A stretch of DNA of 24,000 nt, from assembly GCA_012519495.1 (NCBI GenBank), contig JAAYQA010000015.1, forward strand, positions 18,439 to 42,438, read 5' to 3'. Below are positions 1 through 9,705 of the stretch, in pieces; position 1 is the first letter of the stretch, and every line of letters starts with the position of its first letter. A program made the position numbers and the translations under genes. This DNA is from Tissierellia bacterium. GTDB lineage: Bacteria > Bacillota > Clostridia > Tissierellales > Peptoniphilaceae. Below the pieces are notes generated by a model, which searched no databases, was not told the DNA's origin, and saw only the letters and a list, made by a program, of their open reading frames with translations.

Positions 1-183
1 AACTTCAACATCGACAACGAAACCATTCTTATGGCACCGGCTGAAGGTTTCTATGCAACGCCCGGTCTTGGAAAAAATGAAGTACGTTTCTCCTACTGCA
101 TTAAGTCCGAAGAACTGGAACGTTCCATGAAGATTCTGGAAAAAGCGCTTGAAGCTTATCCCGGCCGCACAGAAGTCGAATAA
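1..183 (+). CDS. Pyridoxal-phosphate-dependent class I/II aminotransferase, C-terminal fragment (starts outside window)
   Basis: Frame 1 reads ...NFNIDNETILMAPAEGFYATPGLGKNEVRFSYCIKSEELERSMKILEKALEAYPGRTEVE*, with the typical aminotransferase C-terminal 'AxGFYATPGLGKNEVR' motif. Stop TAA at 181-183. Confidence 0.85.
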   Translation, partial: NFNIDNETILMAPAEGFYATPGLGKNEVRFSYCIKSEELERSMKILEKALEAYPGRTEVE

Positions 184-202
184 TTCCCTTCTACAAAAAA
201 TA

Positions 203-234
203 AAAAATCGATGAGCCTCGGCTCATCGATTTTT
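203..234. terminator. Bidirectional intrinsic terminator between convergent genes
   Basis: Perfect inverted repeat AAAAATCGATGAGCC-TC-GGCTCATCGATTTTT with A/T tracts on both flanks, between converging stop codons. Confidence 0.9.
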
Positions 235-246
235 GTTTTATGCGGA

Positions 247-2562
247 TTATGCTTCCGTTTCGGTATCTTCTTCTGCCGTTTCTTCTTCTGCAACGGTCTC
301 TTCCGTTTCCGATTCCTCGGTTGCTGTTTCCGGTACTTCTTCTGTATCTTCTGCAACGGTTTCTTCGTTTTCTTCCGCTGCAGCCGGCTCTACCGTTTCG
401 GTTTCTACGGCTTCTTCTGTATCTTGTTCTTCAACCATTTGCTCTTCCGGAGCCGTCTCCGGTGCATCCGCTACCGGCTCTCCAAGATCGAGCATATCGA
501 AGTCGAAGTCCACCAGGGAGCCGATCGTGTTTTCAAAATCGTCCCCTTTAAAGACCGGTGTGCTGCGTTTTTCCACCGTTTGTCTGCGCGGGCGACGCGG
601 CTGTTGTTGCTGTTGTCCGGGTTGCTGCTCAAACTGTGCGGTACGACGCGATTGACGTTGCGGGCGTTCTTTTTTTTCCTGCGGTTTCGTTTCTTTGATA
701 CTTAAACCGATGCGCTGTGCCTCTTGGTTGATATCAAGAATCTTTACCTCAATTTCTTGCCCGATATTCAGTTCGTCCGAGGGTTTTTCCACGCGCTCGT
801 GACTGATTTGCGAAACGTGCACAAGGCCTTCCACGCCCTCTTTCATGCGGACGAAGGCACCAAAATCAAGCATATTCACCACGGTACCGGGTACAATATC
901 GCCCACTTCATTGTTTTTCACAAACTCGTCGAAGGGTTTATCCAGGAGTTGTTTTCTGCCCAGGGAAATACGGTTGGTTTCCCGATTGGCGCGCAGGATT
1001 TTCACTTCGATTTCGTCGCCGACAGTAAGTGCATCGGAAGGATGTTTCAGGCGTTTCCAGGAAATATCCGAAACGTGCAGCAGTCCGTCGACACCGCCGA
1101 GATCAATAAATGCACCAAAGTCTGTCAGACGGGCTACTTTTCCGGTTACGACATCGCCCACATGGATTTTTTCCCAGGCTTCGTCCAGAATACGTTCTTT
1201 TTCTGCTTCAATGACGACTTTTCTGGAAAGTACCAGTCTGCGTTTTCTTTCATCGATCGAGATGATTTTTGCTTCGACGGTTTGACCCACAAATGCCGAC
1301 AAGTCGCGTACATAATGTGTATCTACATGGGAACCCGGGATAAATCCGTTAATGCCCATTGTTGTAACAAGAAGACCGCCTTTGACATCTTTTTCGATCG
1401 TGGCTTCTACTGTTTCGCCGGCTTCATGGATGTCCATGAGCTTTTGCCAGTTTTTATATTTTTCAACGCGTCGGGAGGACAGAATCACATTGCCTTCACC
1501 GTCATCCAGTTTAATGACATATACTTCAATCGTCTGGCCCGGTGTGAACAGATCTTTCGGTTTAGCATTGGTGTTCTCCGAAAGTTCGTCCTGTTTGATA
1601 ATGCCGTCCGATTTGTAGTTAATGTTCACCATTACTTCACTGTCGGTGACATAGATGACTTCACCCTCGATGATTTCCCGGGGGTGAACCGGCTTCATGG
1701 TGTCTTCCACCTGCTCCATAAACTCGTCTTTGCTGTAATTGTCCATTCTTTTCACTACCTCCTCGATTAACCAATCCGGTGTAGATGCACCAGCGGTTAT
1801 TCCTATTCTTTTCATTTTTACCAACTGATCGATCGGTAAGTCTACCGCTGACTCAATAGGATACACCCTTTTACAATACTGTGATGCGACTTGCGCCAGC
1901 TTTTGCGTGTTCGAACTGTGCGCCCCACCGATCACAATCATTGCATCTACTTCCTTAGCAATCTCGGCGCAGGCTTCCTGACGAAGCCTGGTAGCGTTGC
2001 ATATGGTGTTCAGTATCACTACGTTCTGATTGTTTGCGGCAATCAAAGCTGAGAGCTGCTCAAATTTTTCCTCTCGGTTGGTCGTTTGGGACAATACGAA
2101 AACATCGGTCAGGCCGGTAACGGCTTTTGCCTCCTCCTCCGAGTTTACCACGGTAGCCTTATAGTCGGTCCGGCTGGAGAGAGCAACGACCTCCGGGTGC
2201 ATACTGTCGCCAATAATAATAACATTATAACCCTTTTCTGTCATTTCTTCCAGTTTTTCATACATTTTTATTAAGGAAGGACAGGTCGTATCAACGATTC
2301 TGTGGCCTTTTTCTTCCAAGGCCGCTTTGGTTTCCTTGCAAATGCCATGGCTACGGCTGATAATGACCGCATCTGATGCGGGTTCCTCTTTTAGCGCGTC
2401 TTTTAATCCCATTTCACCGAGTTTTTCCACTACATGGCGATTATGAACCAAAGGTCCCAAACCGTATGCCTGTTTTTCTTCTTTTAAGGTGCTTTCCGCC
2501 AAAAGGACGGCGCGCTTGACCCCGCCACAGAATCCGGCATGTTCAGCGATGATGATTTCCAT
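247..2562 (-). CDS. ispH-rpsA: Fused 4-hydroxy-3-methylbut-2-enyl diphosphate reductase (IspH) / S1 RNA-binding domain protein (RpsA-like)
   Basis: N-terminal [19 protein letters not shown] with Cys motifs GFCGGV, DTTCPS and TICNAT. It is followed by four S1-type repeats (e.g. [34 protein letters not shown]) and a Gln/Arg then Glu/Thr-rich tail. ATG at 2562 is preceded by AGGAGG at 6-nt spacing. Confidence 0.95.
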   Translation of the reverse strand: MEIIIAEHAGFCGGVKRAVLLAESTLKEEKQAYGLGPLVHNRHVVEKLGEMGLKDALKEEPASDAVIISRSHGICKETKAALEEKGHRIVDTTCPSLIKMYEKLEEMTEKGYNVIIIGDSMHPEVVALSSRTDYKATVVNSEEEAKAVTGLTDVFVLSQTTNREEKFEQLSALIAANNQNVVILNTICNATRLRQEACAEIAKEVDAMIVIGGAHSSNTQKLAQVASQYCKRVYPIESAVDLPIDQLVKMKRIGITAGASTPDWLIEEVVKRMDNYSKDEFMEQVEDTMKPVHPREIIEGEVIYVTDSEVMVNINYKSDGIIKQDELSENTNAKPKDLFTPGQTIEVYVIKLDDGEGNVILSSRRVEKYKNWQKLMDIHEAGETVEATIEKDVKGGLLVTTMGINGFIPGSHVDTHYVRDLSAFVGQTVEAKIISIDERKRRLVLSRKVVIEAEKERILDEAWEKIHVGDVVTGKVARLTDFGAFIDLGGVDGLLHVSDISWKRLKHPSDALTVGDEIEVKILRANRETNRISLGRKQLLDKPFDEFVKNNEVGDIVPGTVVNMLDFGAFVRMKEGVEGLVHVSQISHERVEKPSDELNIGQEIEVKILDINQEAQRIGLSIKETKPQEKKERPQRQSRRTAQFEQQPGQQQQQPRRPRRQTVEKRSTPVFKGDDFENTIGSLVDFDFDMLDLGEPVADAPETAPEEQMVEEQDTEEAVETETVEPAAAEENEETVAEDTEEVPETATEESETEETVAEEETAEEDTETEA

Positions 2563-3148
2563 GTACTTCCTCCTCATAGATCGACTCGAATACGGCGCGG
2601 GTGAGCGCTTGAACCGCCTCTTCTTTGGCTAAGCCGGCGGTTACTTCCCGGGTTTTAATCACTTCCCGAAAATGCACGTCGACCCGGGAAAACAATTTGT
2701 AGGTGGCGTGAATACGGACCGGAACAATATCCGCCTTTGCGCGCATGGCAATGACGGAAACACCCTCTTTGAAATTGCGGATATCGATCGTGTCCACACG
2801 CGTTCCCTCCGGAAAGATGCCCAGCACGTCTTCCTCTTTCAGAATCGACAAGGCCGTTTTTAAGGCCCGAATATCGGTTCCTTCCCGGTGCACCGGAAAC
2901 ACGCCTACCTTGCGTAGGATCCAGGCGAGCGGCTTGAACGAGAACAATTGATCTTTTGCCATAAACCGGATCGGACGTTCTGTATAAATACCGAGAAAAA
3001 CCGGATCCAACATCGACTGATGATTTCCGCATACGATGACCCGCCCTTCCTGCGGCATGCGCTCTTCCCGGTGTACGCGGGGCCAATAAAAGGGCGTCAG
3101 AAGGATACGGACCAGACCGGCCGCAAAACGGTACCAATTATAGCGCAT
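2543..3148 (-). CDS. plsC: 1-acyl-sn-glycerol-3-phosphate acyltransferase
   Basis: [12 protein letters not shown] (HX4D) and FPEGTR motifs. ATG 3148 is preceded by GGAGG. The ORF-track start at 3163 is a TTG lying over the SD. Confidence 0.92.
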   Translation of the reverse strand: MRYNWYRFAAGLVRILLTPFYWPRVHREERMPQEGRVIVCGNHQSMLDPVFLGIYTERPIRFMAKDQLFSFKPLAWILRKVGVFPVHREGTDIRALKTALSILKEEDVLGIFPEGTRVDTIDIRNFKEGVSVIAMRAKADIVPVRIHATYKLFSRVDVHFREVIKTREVTAGLAKEEAVQALTRAVFESIYEEEVHGNHHR

Positions 3149-3788
3149 CCTTTGCCTCCACAAATTCCATCATAAGATCGACTGTTTCCTGCACCGACAG
3201 ATTTGTATTGTCAATGACAATGGCACCTTCCGCAATGGTTAACGGAGCGATTGCACGGTTCATGTCCTGGGTGTCCCGCTCTTTCATGGCCACCAGCACT
3301 TCCTCAAACGTATACCGGGTTTTTTCCCCCTGTTCATACCGGCGCCGGGCGCGCTCTTCCACATTTGCATCCAGATAAAACTTGTAGGGAGTTTCCGGAA
3401 TCACACAAGTTCCGATATCCCGGCCGTCCATAATCAAGGAATACCGGATCGCCAAATCTTTTTGTTTTTCCTGCATTTCCTTGCGCACGCCGGGAATCGC
3501 GCTGATAACAGAAGCCGCTTTGGCAAATTGCTGCGCCCGGATGGCCGCAGGCAACGGTGCCCCGCTCTCCCTTAATTCGTGTCCTTCTATGGAAAACTGC
3601 AATCGGCCCGCCAATTTCTCCAGTACTTCCGTATCGTCGTTTGGTATACCGGCTGCATCGGCTTTCCATGCCAACATACGATACATCGCGCCGGTATCCA
3701 GATGCAGCATGCCCAGTTTTTCGGCCAATGCCTTGGCTACCGTACTTTTCCCGGAGCCGGACGGTCCGTCTATTGCAATACTTTTCAT
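3138..3788 (-). CDS. cmk: (d)CMP kinase / cytidylate kinase
   Basis: MKSIAIDGPSGSGKSTVAKALAEKLGMLHLDTGAMYR plus the DGRDIGT motif. Located next to plsC-ispH-rpsA. Confidence 0.95.
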   Translation of the reverse strand: MKSIAIDGPSGSGKSTVAKALAEKLGMLHLDTGAMYRMLAWKADAAGIPNDDTEVLEKLAGRLQFSIEGHELRESGAPLPAAIRAQQFAKAASVISAIPGVRKEMQEKQKDLAIRYSLIMDGRDIGTCVIPETPYKFYLDANVEERARRRYEQGEKTRYTFEEVLVAMKERDTQDMNRAIAPLTIAEGAIVIDNTNLSVQETVDLMMEFVEAKDAL

Positions 3789-4126
3789 ATTTCCATCCCC
3801 CAGGATTCACAGCCCAACAGGCGGTTTTTCGGATCTTTCAACCGCTGTTTCGGATACATGACAATCTGTATGCAACGGTCCATTCCGGACTGATAGCGGA
3901 ACTGTTGGATCCCAAAGAGCGGAACATCCGAAAGAGAGGCTTTTTCCATCGCTTTTTCCGCAAATCCTCCGGGCAGATCATCCGTTGCACCGATCAGTAC
4001 CGATGCCAGATCATTCGCTGTCAGTTGATTGTCCTGCAGCATGCCCGATAAGAGAGCTGCCGTCTTTTCTTCGATCTGATCCACCTCTGCATGGGTAATT
4101 TGAATCGAACCTTTTATCGTTTTCAT
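3785..4126 (-). CDS. AroH-type chorismate mutase-like protein, probably non-catalytic
   Basis: 113 aa. Aligns with AroH fold segments (VLIGATDDLPGGFAEKAMEKASLSDVPLFGIQQFRYQSGMDRCIQIVMY versus B. subtilis AroH MLLSATPDLHAVFPAKAVRELSGWQYVPVTCMQEMDVTGGLKKCIRVMM, recalled from memory), but catalytic positions differ. Confidence 0.75.
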   Translation of the reverse strand: MKTIKGSIQITHAEVDQIEEKTAALLSGMLQDNQLTANDLASVLIGATDDLPGGFAEKAMEKASLSDVPLFGIQQFRYQSGMDRCIQIVMYPKQRLKDPKNRLLGCESWGMEI

Positions 4127-5352
4127 TCATTCGCCTCCTTGCCAAAGCCTGCCGCATGGGTACCTGCCACAAAGCCCGTAGACCATGCAATCTGCATATT
4201 ATACCCACCGGTATCGGCGTCTATGTCGAGCACTTCTCCGCAAAAGTACAAGCCTTCCACCTTTTTTGACTGCATACTTTTCGCGTCCACCTCCTGCACA
4301 AAGACCCCGCCGCGTGTAATGATCGCCTCGGAGAATCCGCGAAAAGAGCCCACATCCAGCGGGAAGTGCAATAGAGTATCCGTGAGATTCCGACGGTCCT
4401 TTGCAGTAAAAACGGCACCGCGTGTTTTCGGATCTATACCTGCGGCCCGAATCACATGGGGAACCAGACTCTGCGGCAACAGGCGGTTCGCAATCGTGCC
4501 GATTTCTTTCAGCGGATCCTTGTCCACTTCTCTTTGGATCCGGGCAGATAGTTGTTCTGCATGCAGAGCCGGTTTGAAATTCAGATACAACGGAAAGGCA
4601 GCAAAAGGCACCGGCGCTTCGGCGCTCATCTGCAAAACCACCGGACCGGATATCCCGTAGTGCGTAAACAGCAATTCACCGAACCACTCTTTTGCTTTCT
4701 TTCCCCACTTTGCCTCCAGTCGTATATTTCGCAGACTCAGACCCGATAAGTCCGGATACGGATGAAGCAGGTTTAACCCCACCAAAGAAGGATACAGCGG
4801 CTTGATCCGGTGACCGAAGTGTTTGGCCCAACGATACCCGTCTCCTGTGGACCCGGTTACCGGATACGACAGACCCCCGGTGGCAATAATGACCGCACGG
4901 GCCCGGTATTCTTTTCCCTTCGCCTGTACGGTGAAATAATCCTCTTTCTTTTCGATCTGATCGACTTTCGTATTTAAAAGGATTTGCACGCCGGCTTCCT
5001 TTAGCGCTCGCTGAAAGGCGGAAATTGTATCGCTGCTCTTGTCGCTTACCGGAAATACGCGCTCCCCGCGCTCGGTTTTTACCGCAACGCCACAGGAGAT
5101 AAAAAAACGTTTAATATCCTCTTTTGTATAGCGGGCAAATGCGCCCATCAAAAACTTAGGATTTCTTCGTATGTGTGAAAGATGCATGGACATATCCGCA
5201 TCGTTTGTTAAATTGCATCGTCCTTTCCCGGTAATATACCACTTCTTTCCGATCTTTTCGTTTTGCTCTAACAATATAACCGGAGCACCTTGTTTCGCAG
5301 CAGACAAAGCGGCCATGCATCCGGCCGGCCCGCCCCCTATCACAAGAATCAT
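4123..5352 (-). CDS. BaiN/HI0933-family NAD(P)/FAD-dependent oxidoreductase (flavoprotein)
   Basis: MILVIGGGPAGCMAALSAAKQGAPVILLEQNEKIGKKWYITGKGRCNLTND, C-terminal GLYFCGEVLDIDADTGGYNMQIAWSTG. Confidence 0.92.
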   Translation of the reverse strand: MILVIGGGPAGCMAALSAAKQGAPVILLEQNEKIGKKWYITGKGRCNLTNDADMSMHLSHIRRNPKFLMGAFARYTKEDIKRFFISCGVAVKTERGERVFPVSDKSSDTISAFQRALKEAGVQILLNTKVDQIEKKEDYFTVQAKGKEYRARAVIIATGGLSYPVTGSTGDGYRWAKHFGHRIKPLYPSLVGLNLLHPYPDLSGLSLRNIRLEAKWGKKAKEWFGELLFTHYGISGPVVLQMSAEAPVPFAAFPLYLNFKPALHAEQLSARIQREVDKDPLKEIGTIANRLLPQSLVPHVIRAAGIDPKTRGAVFTAKDRRNLTDTLLHFPLDVGSFRGFSEAIITRGGVFVQEVDAKSMQSKKVEGLYFCGEVLDIDADTGGYNMQIAWSTGFVAGTHAAGFGKEANE

Positions 5353-5894
5353 TTCCTTTCCTCCGGGGTAAGCATATAGACGATCGGTGCATGCCCGTCA
5401 TCGGGTACCCGCTGCCAGCTATACACTCGGTATAAAGACTGGCTGCTGAACCAGCGGGCAAGCGCGTTTGCCTCTTCTTCCTTGTCGTGGGTGCGATAAG
5501 CTGTCAGAGAGATTCGGCCGTCCGATTGGATTTTTGCCCGCAGCTTCGTAAGGCTCTCGATTGTCGAATCGGCTTTGGTGGTCACCGTTTTGTCTGAACC
5601 GGGCAAATAACCGAGATTATAGACCGCAAATCGAAAAGGCGCCAAATCATCGCAGTGGACATGACTTTCATGCCGTAAGTCAATGGAATAATCCGGATAA
5701 AGGCGGGCGATCTCCGAGCAACGCCGGATTGCTTCTTCTGCTATATCAAAACCGGTGAATCGTCCCTGATCGGTGCACAAAGACAGAAGTTTTTTCATAT
5801 CATGCCCGTTACCCAGCGTCATATCCACAACATGATCCCCCGGCTGTACGGTTATTTCCATTAACAGATGTGCCATCTGCAAGTGATTCATCAT
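5349..5894 (-). CDS. mnmM: Class I SAM-dependent methyltransferase of the YtqB/MnmM family (tRNA wobble uridine modification)
   Basis: MMNHLQMAHLLMEITVQPGDHVVDMTLGNGHDMKKLL and FAVYNLGYLPGSDKTVTTKADSTIESL, characteristic of the YtqB family. ATGA overlap with the upstream gene. Confidence 0.85.
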   Translation of the reverse strand: MMNHLQMAHLLMEITVQPGDHVVDMTLGNGHDMKKLLSLCTDQGRFTGFDIAEEAIRRCSEIARLYPDYSIDLRHESHVHCDDLAPFRFAVYNLGYLPGSDKTVTTKADSTIESLTKLRAKIQSDGRISLTAYRTHDKEEEANALARWFSSQSLYRVYSWQRVPDDGHAPIVYMLTPEERK

Positions 5895-6577
5895 AGTCCT
5901 TTCCGTTCTTCACGGGATAGTTTCCGAAAATGTCCTTCCGGTAGATCGCCCAGTTTTATGCCATCCATTTCGGTCCGATGCAGTTTTTTAACCTCATAAC
6001 CCAGCAGCGCCCACATGCGCCGGATTTGCCGGTTTCTCCCTTCTCTCATGCGAATCTGAAGACCGTTCGCATGACGGGTGATTTTAGCCGGGCGGGTTTT
6101 GATTCCGTCAAGCAGAATTCCTTGTTCGAACCGGGCAATATCCCGTCCTTTCGGCACCCGATTCAGACGGACTTCATACACTTTTTCCTTTTGAAAAGAA
6201 GGATGTGTCAGGCGATGAACCAACGGGCCGTCATTTGTCAGCAATAAGAGCCCGCTGGAGTCTTTATCCAAACGACCGACCGGCACAACGCGCTCGGGAA
6301 TATCCTTTACATGATCTGCCAGCAGATTCTTCTGTTTTGGATCGGCCAGACTCACCGTTACCCCTATGGGTTTATGATAGGCATATACGACGGTTCGTTC
6401 CGGTAAAAACAGAGGCTTTCCGTCAACCGCTACGCGATCGGTCTCTCCGATACGCGTGGCCAGGGAATGAATGACCTCTCCATTGCATGTTACCCGACCG
6501 TCCAAAACGTATTGTTCGGCATCCCTGCGGCTGCATAATCCCGCTGCAGCCAGATACTTGTTAATCCGCACGGTCAT
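5891..6577 (-). CDS. rluB: RsuA/RluB-family pseudouridine synthase
   Basis: S4 domain MTVRINKYLAAAGLCSRRDAEQYVLDGRV, catalytic VGRLDKDSSGLLLLTNDG. Neighbours scpB. Confidence 0.92.
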   Translation of the reverse strand: MTVRINKYLAAAGLCSRRDAEQYVLDGRVTCNGEVIHSLATRIGETDRVAVDGKPLFLPERTVVYAYHKPIGVTVSLADPKQKNLLADHVKDIPERVVPVGRLDKDSSGLLLLTNDGPLVHRLTHPSFQKEKVYEVRLNRVPKGRDIARFEQGILLDGIKTRPAKITRHANGLQIRMREGRNRQIRRMWALLGYEVKKLHRTEMDGIKLGDLPEGHFRKLSREERKGL

Positions 6578-7085
6578 CCTCCGTTTCTTCCAATGGAGGT
6601 AATTCCGAAAGATCCGACAGCGAAAAATAACGCAGGAATTCATCCGTTGTTTTGTAGAGATAGGGCTTTCCGATCGTTTCCAGCCGTCCGGCTTCCTGAA
6701 TCAGGTTCTTACCGAGGAGCGTTTCAATGATTCCGGCCGACTGCACGCCGCGGATCTGCTCCACAACCATGCGGGTTGTCGGTTGCTTGTAGGCGATAAT
6801 GGACAGAACCTCCAGTGCCTGCCTGCTCAGACTCTTTTGCGGGCGCGTATGCAATAAGCCCGCTATCGTGTCATGTAAAGCCTCATGGGTCACAAATAAG
6901 CGGGTATCGCCGTGTTTTGCATATACGATCCCGCTGTTATTACCGTACTTGGTTTCAAGCTGTTCTTCAATGGCGATCCATTGCGTCTGCGATACCGAAA
7001 GCGCGTCCCGTAATTGCTTGACGGTTAATCCGTCCGACCACAGATACAATAGGGCTTCCGCTTTCATTAGGGGTTCGGTCTTAAT
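6561..7085 (-). CDS. scpB: Segregation and condensation protein B (start codon uncertain: ATT 7085, ATG 7067, or ATG 7115)
   Basis: KAEALLYLWSDGLTVKQLRDALSVS...QALEVLSIIAYKQPTTRMVVEQIRGV. Adjacent to scpA. Confidence 0.9.
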   Translation of the reverse strand: MKTEPLMKAEALLYLWSDGLTVKQLRDALSVSQTQWIAIEEQLETKYGNNSGIVYAKHGDTRLFVTHEALHDTIAGLLHTRPQKSLSRQALEVLSIIAYKQPTTRMVVEQIRGVQSAGIIETLLGKNLIQEAGRLETIGKPYLYKTTDEFLRYFSLSDLSELPPLEETEDDRAD

Positions 7086-7785
7086 ACGCTTCTCTCCTGT
7101 GCAAATAGATTTCATTTTGTTTGACCAACGCCTGTAGTATATTGCGCTTCATGAGTTCCAGCATGGCAATAAACAGGGCAATCCACTCGCCCACCGCCTG
7201 TGTCCGTACAAAATGGCCTAAGGGGGTGGGTTTTTCCAGCGGAGCATCCAGCAGGGTTTCTATGGCGGTTTCCACTTCAAATACTTCCCGTTCGATAATT
7301 TCGCCGATCGCCTCGCGTGATGCTTCTTCTCTGGCGCGTGTCTGCAATGCGTCGCGGAAAGCCAGATACAAAGCCCCGACGTCTTTGGTGATTTCTACAG
7401 GTTCGGTCGAATATGCGCTCAGATCCGACGGCAATTTGCTTAATCGGACCGCCCCGGCCTTTTCATAGGCTTGCAGGGTTTTAGAAACCGCCAAAAAGGC
7501 TTCGTATGCCTGCAGCCGTTTTACCAACGCTTCTCTGGGGTCTTCTTCCTCTTCCTCTTCTACCGGCAAAAGAATACGCGACTTAATATACAGTAATTCC
7601 GATGCCAAAACAAGGAAATCACCCATTTCTTCTTCCCGTACCGTGCTTTTGTCCTCTAAAATGCTGACATAGGCATCGGTGATTTCTGCGATCGGAATAT
7701 CCTCAATCGGTATCTCGTTTTTTCTGATCAGCTGCAGCAGAAGATCCAGCGGACCTTCAAATGCGCTCACTTCAACATGTAACAT
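7081..7785 (-). CDS. scpA: Segregation and condensation protein A
   Basis: MLHVEVSAFEGPLDLLLQLIRKNEIPIEDIPIAEITDAYV, typical ScpA N-terminus. Confidence 0.95.
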   Translation of the reverse strand: MLHVEVSAFEGPLDLLLQLIRKNEIPIEDIPIAEITDAYVSILEDKSTVREEEMGDFLVLASELLYIKSRILLPVEEEEEEDPREALVKRLQAYEAFLAVSKTLQAYEKAGAVRLSKLPSDLSAYSTEPVEITKDVGALYLAFRDALQTRAREEASREAIGEIIEREVFEVETAIETLLDAPLEKPTPLGHFVRTQAVGEWIALFIAMLELMKRNILQALVKQNEIYLHRREAY

Positions 7786-8399
7786 TATAGGAACAATCCT
7801 ACCAGGAAGCGAATGATCGCATTGGCTGCCGGTACAAGAATGCGTTGGAGTGCACCGGAAAAGACAAAAATGACGAGGATAATATAAAAATACCGTTGAT
7901 ACTGATACACCTTTCGTTCCATCTGCACCGGCAGAAAACTGAACACAATCTTTGATCCGTCCAGTGGCGGAAAAGGCAACAGATTAAACACGGCAAAATA
8001 TACATTATACAAAATCATCAACTGCAGGAATTCTGCCCAGAGAGGGTGTTTGTTTCCTGTATAGATAAAAAGGCCGACGCTCACGGTGGCCAGCAGAAGA
8101 TTCATGCCCGCCCCGGCCGCCGAAACAAACAGCATACCGGCTTTGCGGTTCCGGAAACGATTGGGATTGATCGGGACCGGTTTAGCCCAGCCGAAGCGAA
8201 AGAAGAGCAAACTCAAAGTTCCCAGCGGGTCCATATGCTTGATCGGATTCAAGCTCAACCGCCCTGCGTCTTTCGCCGTGGTATCCCCCATAAGAAGCGC
8301 TGCACCACCGTGCGCCAGTTCATGTGCCACAATCGTAAGGAGTAGGCATACGGCGGTAATCAGTATATTATCGGGTAGCAGATTCTGTATAAAAGACAT
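7785..8399 (-). CDS. Site-2 protease family (M50) membrane metalloprotease
   Basis: HELAHG zinc motif in an N-terminal TM helix and NLLPFPPLDGSKI in a C-terminal TM region. Located upstream of scpA. Confidence 0.9.
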   Translation of the reverse strand: MSFIQNLLPDNILITAVCLLLTIVAHELAHGGAALLMGDTTAKDAGRLSLNPIKHMDPLGTLSLLFFRFGWAKPVPINPNRFRNRKAGMLFVSAAGAGMNLLLATVSVGLFIYTGNKHPLWAEFLQLMILYNVYFAVFNLLPFPPLDGSKIVFSFLPVQMERKVYQYQRYFYIILVIFVFSGALQRILVPAANAIIRFLVGLFL

Positions 8400-9705
8400 C
8401 GGTGTCCGTCACTTTCGCGAAAATCAAAGGTTTTTGTGCTGCGCCCTCGCCGATCGTAATGGCAGATTGCAGGATCTTGGCAGACTCTGCGCCCCGTTTT
8501 TCATCATTCGCATAAAGGACAGCAATCACATCCCCTTTTTGTACCGGCGTGCCGCTGCGGAGCTTTCTTTCGATTCCGACATCCAGATCGAGGACATCGT
8601 CTTTTTTCAAACGGCCGCTACCCAGTTCCAAGGCGGCTTCACCGGTCAGTCGCGCATCGATTTTTTCTATGATCCCGTCTTTCTCTGCCTTTACAGGAAT
8701 CTGAAAACGAGCTTTTCGCAGTTTCTCCGGTTTCTCTACAAACGATGTGTCGCCATCCTGTTCCTGTACCATTTCAAGGAACTTTTTATAGGCCGCCCCG
8801 TTGGCAATCTGTGCCCGTACGCGCTCGGTAGCACGTTCGATATTTGTTTCTTTATCGGCCAGAATCAATTCTTCCGCTGCCAAAGCAATGCTCACTGTCA
8901 GAAGAGGCCCTTCCTTCTCTCCGCGCAGAATCCGGATCGCTTCATATACTTCCAGAGCATTTCCGACAAAGTCGCCGAGCGGTTCTTCCATCGCCGTAAT
9001 CAGACAGACCGTCTCTTTGGAAAAACGTGCACCGATTTTTGCCATCGTGCCGGCCAATTCAATCGCGCGATCGGGATCCTGCATAAAAGCACCCGATCCG
9101 ACTTTTACATCCAGGAGGATTTTATCGGCACCCACCGCCAGTTTCTTGGACATAATCGAAGATGCGATCAAAGGGATTGCATCGATGGTTGCTGTTACAT
9201 CCCGCAGTGCATAGAGCTTTTTGTCGGCCGGGACCAAAGTACCTGTTTGTCCGGCGACGGCCAAATGCATGCGCCGCACCTGGTCAACGAATTCCTCTTC
9301 CTGCAGCTCCGTTCTGAGCCCCGGTATCGACGCCAGTTTATCCAGTGTACCGCCGGTATGGCCTAAGCCACGGCCGGACATCTTGGCAAACGGAATGCCC
9401 AAAGACGCAACGAGCGGGCCGGTAACCAGCGTCGTCGTGTCACCCACGCCGCCGGTAGAATGTTTATCGACGATAATACCGGGTATACCCGACAGATCGA
9501 TTACATCACCGGAATGGACCATATCGTCCGTAATGGCATACAGTTCGGCTTCGGTCATACCGCGAAGATATACCGCCATCAGCCAGGCGGCGATCTGATC
9601 GTCGGTTGCTTCGCCTGTGTGAATCATTTGAAACCATGCCCGGATGGATTCACGGGAGTGTTCTTTACCGTCCCGTTTGGTGGCAATAAAATCAGATGCG
9701 TGCAT
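8368..9705 (-). CDS. pdp: Pyrimidine-nucleoside / thymidine phosphorylase
   Basis: VDKHSTGGVGDTTTLVTGPLVASLGIPFAKMSGRGLGHTGGTLDKL signature. Confidence 0.93.
   Translation of the reverse strand: MHASDFIATKRDGKEHSRESIRAWFQMIHTGEATDDQIAAWLMAVYLRGMTEAELYAITDDMVHSGDVIDLSGIPGIIVDKHSTGGVGDTTTLVTGPLVASLGIPFAKMSGRGLGHTGGTLDKLASIPGLRTELQEEEFVDQVRRMHLAVAGQTGTLVPADKKLYALRDVTATIDAIPLIASSIMSKKLAVGADKILLDVKVGSGAFMQDPDRAIELAGTMAKIGARFSKETVCLITAMEEPLGDFVGNALEVYEAIRILRGEKEGPLLTVSIALAAEELILADKETNIERATERVRAQIANGAAYKKFLEMVQEQDGDTSFVEKPEKLRKARFQIPVKAEKDGIIEKIDARLTGEAALELGSGRLKKDDVLDLDVGIERKLRSGTPVQKGDVIAVLYANDEKRGAESAKILQSAITIGEGAAQKPLIFAKVTDTDVFYTESATR

Noticed and set aside
724-1770. 348-aa plus-strand ORF antisense to ispH-rpsA (also 211..705)
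   Set aside because: Mirror ORFs of a confident fusion gene. The low-complexity Phe/Leu/Arg or Ser runs are the antisense of Glu/Gln-rich coding.
8086-9366. 426-aa plus-strand ORF antisense to the M50 protease and pdp
   Set aside because: It shadows well-supported minus-strand genes, its composition follows the opposite-strand codons, and no domain is recognisable.
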